64,000 nt of DNA from positions 8,199 through 72,198 of the forward strand of contig JAUSEE010000001.1 of NCBI GenBank assembly GCA_030650095.1. The letters are read 5' to 3'. This stretch comes from Candidatus Buchananbacteria bacterium (lineage in GTDB: Bacteria > Patescibacteriota > Patescibacteriia > 2-01-FULL-39-33). The position numbers and the translations under genes are program-made. Of this stretch, positions 61,701-64,000 are shown piece by piece. Below the pieces are notes generated by a model. That model worked only from the letters and a program-made list of their open reading frames with translations. It was not told where the DNA came from and ran no database searches. Positions within the stretch are counted from its first letter, which is position 1, and every line of letters starts with the position of its first letter.

Positions 61701-61790
61701 AGGAGATAGAGCCCTAACAAATCCAATTGATGCCAAAAACAAAAATAGCGGAACAAGCAAAAATAAAAATTTTATCCTAAGACTCTTCAT
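52737..61790 (-). CDS. Giant (3017 aa) secreted Cys-rich surface protein with carbohydrate-binding-module-like domains
   Basis: Signal peptide; many Cys in recurring C....GC motifs; NNSFE/DGSFE/NGNFE...FDD.SL CBM-like beta-sandwich signatures. Confidence 0.8.
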   Translation of the reverse strand: MKSLRIKFLFLLVPLFLFLASIGFVRALSPSTMGTLALTAAEATAGSGAAIESAIACNGKALAEALAIECIPVPITGTANGVTFDCSQAMKTAVQSAINASQCQNVVVTENNQIHIAADSLREVEKQTWRDVLAGAWKSMLSAFSKQLAYDTASWIASGGKGQKPLFITEGIGAYLKNTADNAAGTFIDEIDKEFGVNLCRPNFNVELMIKTSLRGDRIKKPTCNFTGMVKNWRSAITDANFNVEYSNYLNASENDIGIYLKTSSSLMDKVKEKTGVSALEASINQGFKDLKTLTGWVLTPGTMVKNQHEVAQERAGKEDSTFTGTVWDFIQTFLDTLVGQLLENLKTGYFKSGSSDGNKGFNLPNLSRFASLLNPESSPYVEGSIGAKERFLNLIESNLAIGGPYDILNKLTNCTEANKINPGPTDCVIDPILSQAIREKKLVKDLPASILNRQFVPPIDNVNPQESFSLRNIVILRKYRIVPVGWEIAARYISQSKQEQQNYTLGDLLKEFNHASSTFQNLIDPQWVLKAPELFCRREGYGDQNTRASSQDGSVVRNQYCADEQQCLTEDSDGNCTAYGYCTEERKIWNLNSTNCQPRFNTCQTFQSKNGTTGSYLANTLDYSDCSSQSAGCRWYSTLYNIKDNTWLNSESEKTLKTCNTLVGCTVSGLEVEQWKQTAYSANAGIVMDKVCATDGGCDFSGESCTVPFDGVRCSLDKCLNSIDILTPFNNSFELIGNASWDARFWQESYQNDTNRQFRSDISKRTGSYSLESVSFNNTTPLSTTLSVNSGVEANKNYKLSFYLRGNISLGSFDVKVFSSSLEVGSQTIGLLSDNWQEYSVNFSTQNIQAGDSIEIRVITNAGTTGTVFFDDFSLKEALGSCTTGDVWLNIGSQDNTDSEIYFDRDAQACSSSAVGCSQFIRVKSDLGSNLIVDGSFEDYYSDLNHWIGEPGASGNHGSCEIFVVNSGADGDKSIGLRSDFDSNSQHCAYFSATASLSPLTLINGNKYILSARVYIQKIGSYFVSLNDDASITTEPNTFAEADLYKWTTVSTSFVWNSPDEVVSPRLFINQGSSGLKEAYFDAVKLEAVSAGINIPTSYTSYNPSQRPASQLTYLKKAPDYYDCYLTSAGNWPTNLTELQQVIFGRNPACANYSSVCIKSEMNCELYTPVNGDPAVPGTITSADVCPSECAGYQVYKQEPTSFVSAKYKQFIAKDPIQYCSAAAAGCDEFTNLDEVARGGEGLEYYTQFRTCQKPDAYGDEVTYYTWEGSDTTGYQLKVFTLKGSNDTSGVGTPPCTNLSYPNNLNGDNVCGDPVPSDDPNTNDAACLSSDLNSNPDCREFYDVSGNIHYRLLSRVIYVSSDCHPYRRTQTQNDEAEAAQDCRNNQGYYNQFGECIYMAIPGQGQTCSANLKGCREYTGNKGSSFRNIFLSDFESGAMDWQGGTIASEATHPGGNSLTNSLNSSRQFSKTVLIKKDKSYAISFWAKGNAGFDLDSIRFSQAPPEGSFIVGHPDVVTAGDLPIPITNEWNRYDLGPVQVSWGSGTGYFEQNIEINIPSGQVIYIDNILLKELPQSVYAIENSWFTPFVCDNIISQPYGAGDALNPERSNPGKMIGCQEYRDRSNKNWFLKSFENLCRRDAVGCEQLIDTYNSDSYYGATYNSGDPSQVTVPSDNFVYIVNDSKYNCKSEDKGCLAYGLPKINNQDEVVGYADSYLKNQPDRYATDLCQASALWCQEFVGSRNVSYFKDPRDRVCEYRTDLGQAQAQWYKKGTTEPCDVTYLQTIGTGSPENKVQPVGWFNSYRMPSEDAWPTPGGTTASYQNWVGLCPAEQSSCTEYIDPITEVYKNEILNVDLSQDADGNDIPDHWDGNGTGLSQNINLLSHTLYSFSVDESATTKAKIEIASSTPCTGLMVSPDDSMNITGGNIGSPKSASGRFYIIYNSHTTCLVKLVIPAPQAVNNLRLVQSGVYYALSAKVDYTGCNGLIDYNSGCVLFNDRGSINYSAKSVSDRNVNYLTFDAGASYKEQMDKPNQDPTTPISATPPAKGDANVILKVQPDRTCYNWLYCTTYEKDDPNSVDPIYGNNDRCLDLGLCASVDEKGVCNNFILKSGEITDENYSEKDFYKTGYASVGKNFPGGINVAGYFPYYLMTQFGNAGSITNGNFESVVTNSTEPLGWSPSESTGDDSESYKSEAVGWHDYKFSVAKDTKSSPDGSRHLILNSFYEALSEEIDVFGGDPYILSGWINSSGLNYPDGNEVIQSQIQYREHTEGGSWGDWKYPTELSLVSGLSWTKRMFEFNPSLNTDKIRIKLKNHVNIGGCNDNNQLTECALGGTALFDDISLKPILKVSNDLSTPNDLTDNYLTRSCRIYPAEDALSCRYLEGNNLFYGSYGYCLLVDPNNSKQCLQWWPVDQLQGEILNEVGGYNDRLPLDYCVEKKRFNVDFSKSGVALSLSSDAQEVVSGFSDINTGQQMNFSPMNIKDDYRSLFRFPYVDRIKLKVTGFGFQHDVGFVVMIPVNKTLTYDTDKREWKGWAAIPFCVGLGGEGGFLICLPIPIPYEIATGNIGGIIEQLTQLLQSQGDLGVYFGPLMGLKIIDDTQAGGITGGATDPIPDLDGDILGASWFVRSTAEADAVYIRMTIKGDFDINYCDSLVRVVTSSGTNKAYANRVTPGSGFINNDAEARNKAEGETTGKYYYYDPFDFNKFLDNIDFTYNGSDAAEVPGSGVFIEFLQGLLGQLGGWFGGGSGGDVSALDASTYQSSDYQPFGAIVSPSGSPNPVNWSSRAGIFNTPLLYEPPRLGGFAPPYQARMGEIHSQDGLQQLFAQSYGAWKWRWNKCEGDNRAANGDCLDGPVADRGGVYKEDPSREDYLSIPSGECNGGATGDKREESSVQPCYVKPKVTSKIINNSIDPTIYNGVGLAKLAFTTLIDPDQLPLTAYVIDWKDGEKSKVSGVSLRNRTNPENPFLLYHLYDFNKVSSIPDTDCNNDSCTVEVEITVYDNWNKSNDPVTVSLTINKNQ

Positions 61791-61796
61791 AAAAAA

Positions 61797-62612
61797 TTAA
61801 TTGCTCTCGGCGTTAAGCTTGGTTAAAAACATGGTTTTTAGTTCTTCATCGCTAACCTGTGATAAAATCTCGGCCGATGCGCCCTGCTCTATCATCAGTT
61901 GCCTGATTTGAGCGCCGGTTAGATTTTTTAAATCATCAATTGAATTCAAGCCGCTCGAATTAACATTAGTGGAATCAGCCGGATTCTGGCCGGCCAAAGC
62001 TTGCTGATAAGTGGTTAAAAGTTGATCATCAGTTATCTTGTCCAGCTGATCTTGGGGAAAACCGTTTTGTAAAAGCAGCGCCCGAAGAGCTTGCGGATCA
62101 GACCCGCTTAGTAACAACGTTTGCCCACTTCCTGAATTTAAGTTCTGGTTCAAATAAACAGCCTCGGTTCTAAAACAGTTATCACCAGTAGAGCAATTAG
62201 GATCGTGGCCAGCAGTAATCTCCTCTTTATCGGAAACGCCGTCACTGTCGCTGTCAGCCAAATAGGGGCTGGTGCCATAAACACTTAGCTCATCATAATC
62301 GGATAAGCCGTCGCCGTCGGTGTCTTTTTGCTGCTGGGCTAAGATAGCTAAAGCATCACTAGAAGAACTGGTATCTTGGCCAGCCAGAAGCATTAAATCG
62401 GTTACCGGCTTTCTTAGCGAGCTGGAAAATTGAGTTATGCCTAAAATAACAGCAAAAAAAGACACAACCAAAACCAAAGCCACAACTGCTTTTTCTTTGG
62501 CGGATCTTTTGTCAACAGATATACTGCCCTCTTCTTGCAAAAAAACATCTTGATTTTCATCCTGCAGATACTCTGCCGACTGATTGTTGTTAAACTGATT
62601 TTCACCTTCCAT
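61797..62612 (-). CDS. Membrane-anchored protein with Ca-binding DxDxDG (TSP3-like) repeats
   Basis: TM; DTDGDGLSDYDE..YGTSPYLADSDSDGVSD.EE...G.DP; duplicated LR.L..Q.G....L..ISD..L helical motif. Confidence 0.8.
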   Translation of the reverse strand: MEGENQFNNNQSAEYLQDENQDVFLQEEGSISVDKRSAKEKAVVALVLVVSFFAVILGITQFSSSLRKPVTDLMLLAGQDTSSSSDALAILAQQQKDTDGDGLSDYDELSVYGTSPYLADSDSDGVSDKEEITAGHDPNCSTGDNCFRTEAVYLNQNLNSGSGQTLLLSGSDPQALRALLLQNGFPQDQLDKITDDQLLTTYQQALAGQNPADSTNVNSSGLNSIDDLKNLTGAQIRQLMIEQGASAEILSQVSDEELKTMFLTKLNAESN

Positions 62613-62788
62613 TAAGTGTGGATAAAACAGTTAAGTACAAATTAATTATAACATAAAAAGACGTTTGCAACAAAATAATAAAGCTGGCGTTTTGCCAGCA
62701 GTATTAGAAAAGTGATTTTAAACTAAATAAAGTTAAGTTAAATTGTTTATTTGAATATTATCAGTATTAAAAAAGTCAGAAAAATATT

Positions 62789-63625
62789 TTATTTTTGTGT
62801 TTTTGTGATTTCGAGTTTTTGTAATAATTTCACCCAATCTTCCATAGCCAGATCCTGGGCCCTGATCTTTTCTGTTAGACCCATATCTTTTAAGAAGCCT
62901 TTTATTTGATCATTTCCTAGGTGCAAGCCATTGGCCAAATTGTTATGAAGCTGTTTCCTTTTGGCCGAAAAGCCTATCTTGGCCACTTTAAAGAATGCTT
63001 TAGGATCAGAAAAAGGCAGAGAACTTTTTAATTTTAAGCTAATAACAGCCGAATCAACCTGGGGCGATGGCCAAAAAGAATTACGGCTCACCTCAAAGAG
63101 AATTTTAGGCTCGGCATAAAACTGAACCGACAAAGACAGCAAACTCATCTCCCCTTTCTTAGCTACAATCCTTTGAGCCACTTCCTTTTGGATCATGATA
63201 ATCATCTCGATTGGCGGATTTTCTGTTTCCAAAAAATTCCTAATGAAATTAGAAGTGATATTATAAGGTAGATTAGCCACTATTTTATAAGGTCTTTTTA
63301 AGTCCAGCGTCGAGATGTTAAGCTTTAAAATATCGCCTTCAATTATTTTTAAATTAGGCGCTGAAGCGTATTTTTTCCGTAAAAAATAAATTAATTTTTT
63401 ATCTAATTCTACTGCTGTCACCTGGCCCGATTGTTTAATCAAATCATCGGTTAAAACTCCCAAGCCGGGGCCTATTTCCAAAACCACATCTTTTGGGCCT
63501 AATTTGGCTGATTGGATTATCTTTTCCATCACATTCTGATCAAATAAAAAATTCTGCCCCTTGCTTTTAGTCGGGGTGATGTTATATTCTTGGCAAATAG
63601 CTTTAATTTCAGAGATTGTGAGCAT
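62789..63625 (-). CDS. rsmA: 16S rRNA dimethyladenosine transferase KsgA
   Basis: KSKGQNFL, LEIGPGLG.LT, VANLPYNIT, QKEVAQR, F.PSPQVDS. Confidence 0.97.
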   Translation of the reverse strand: MLTISEIKAICQEYNITPTKSKGQNFLFDQNVMEKIIQSAKLGPKDVVLEIGPGLGVLTDDLIKQSGQVTAVELDKKLIYFLRKKYASAPNLKIIEGDILKLNISTLDLKRPYKIVANLPYNITSNFIRNFLETENPPIEMIIMIQKEVAQRIVAKKGEMSLLSLSVQFYAEPKILFEVSRNSFWPSPQVDSAVISLKLKSSLPFSDPKAFFKVAKIGFSAKRKQLHNNLANGLHLGNDQIKGFLKDMGLTEKIRAQDLAMEDWVKLLQKLEITKTQK

Positions 63626-63649
63626 ATATAAAAATTTTCAATTTATCAT

Positions 63650-64000
63650 TTAAAATAAAAGATAAAGTAAAGACATAGCTGCCGCCAAAATAAACACCGC
63701 ATTCCAGCCGGGAGTAAAAAATTGTAAGAGAATTATAGCTAAAACAATAGCTATAATCTTGCCCAAAACCAAAGACATTTCAAAAAATAATATGGTTTTG
63801 GTAATGGAAGTGTCTTGGGCATTCTTGTAGGTGATAGCGGTCATCGGAATAGCCACCAACTGTTTGGATATTCTGGAATACGAATCAACTAAGAAAACCC
63901 CTAAGATGCTTCTGGTGACCAGCCGGAGCAGCCAACTGAAAAAATACAAAACAACGCCGAATTTTAAAAGCCACTTGCCATCGCCTTTATCGGTTACCCG
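63650..64000 (-). CDS. MFS-like transporter, partial (5' end beyond window)
   Basis: Frame open to the window edge (RVTDKGDGKWLLKFG...); multiple TM helices. Confidence 0.65.
   Translation of the reverse strand, partial: RVTDKGDGKWLLKFGVVLYFFSWLLRLVTRSILGVFLVDSYSRISKQLVAIPMTAITYKNAQDTSITKTILFFEMSLVLGKIIAIVLAIILLQFFTPGWNAVFILAAAMSLLYLLF

Noticed and set aside
62617-62625. Perfect DnaA box TGTGGATAA
   Set aside because: An isolated 9-mer is plausible by chance in 64 kb; no cluster or dnaA nearby

Overview
AT-rich (code 11) bacterial chromosome segment whose gene content points to Patescibacteria/CPR, Parcubacteria-like (inference). Left end: an element at the 3' end of tRNA-Ser(GGA), made of a large serine recombinase, an XRE regulator and a partial cargo ORF. 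Next come two zinc-ribbon microproteins missing from the ORF track, a thioredoxin-like protein, gatA-gatC-ligA, a complete type IV pilus cluster (minor pilins, pilD, major pilin, pilC, degenerate pilT, response regulator, pilB, pilP/O/N/M) with three large adhesin-like genes, lemA-htpX-clpC, a DsbA/VirB2-like pilin/radA locus, mpg, recG, tRNA-Arg(GCG), two more tRNA-Ser genes, and a CPR-type T4SS-like operon (VirB4, PrgI, VirB6-like, a 3017-aa Cys-rich protein) running into comF, then rsmA and a partial MFS gene. The most striking signals are non-coding. (1) The recombinase gene is bracketed by a perfect 87-bp inverted repeat that ends at the tRNA CCA and supplies an alternative in-frame C-terminus, inside a stem-closed ~300-nt region built from three antisense copies of the gene itself. 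(2) A 151-bp structured core sits at the T-arm of two different tRNA-Ser genes, each copy with target-specific direct and inverted copies of the tRNA 3' end plus flank. These may be an autonomous/non-autonomous tRNA-Ser-targeting system. All functional calls come from reading motifs by eye; no searches were run.
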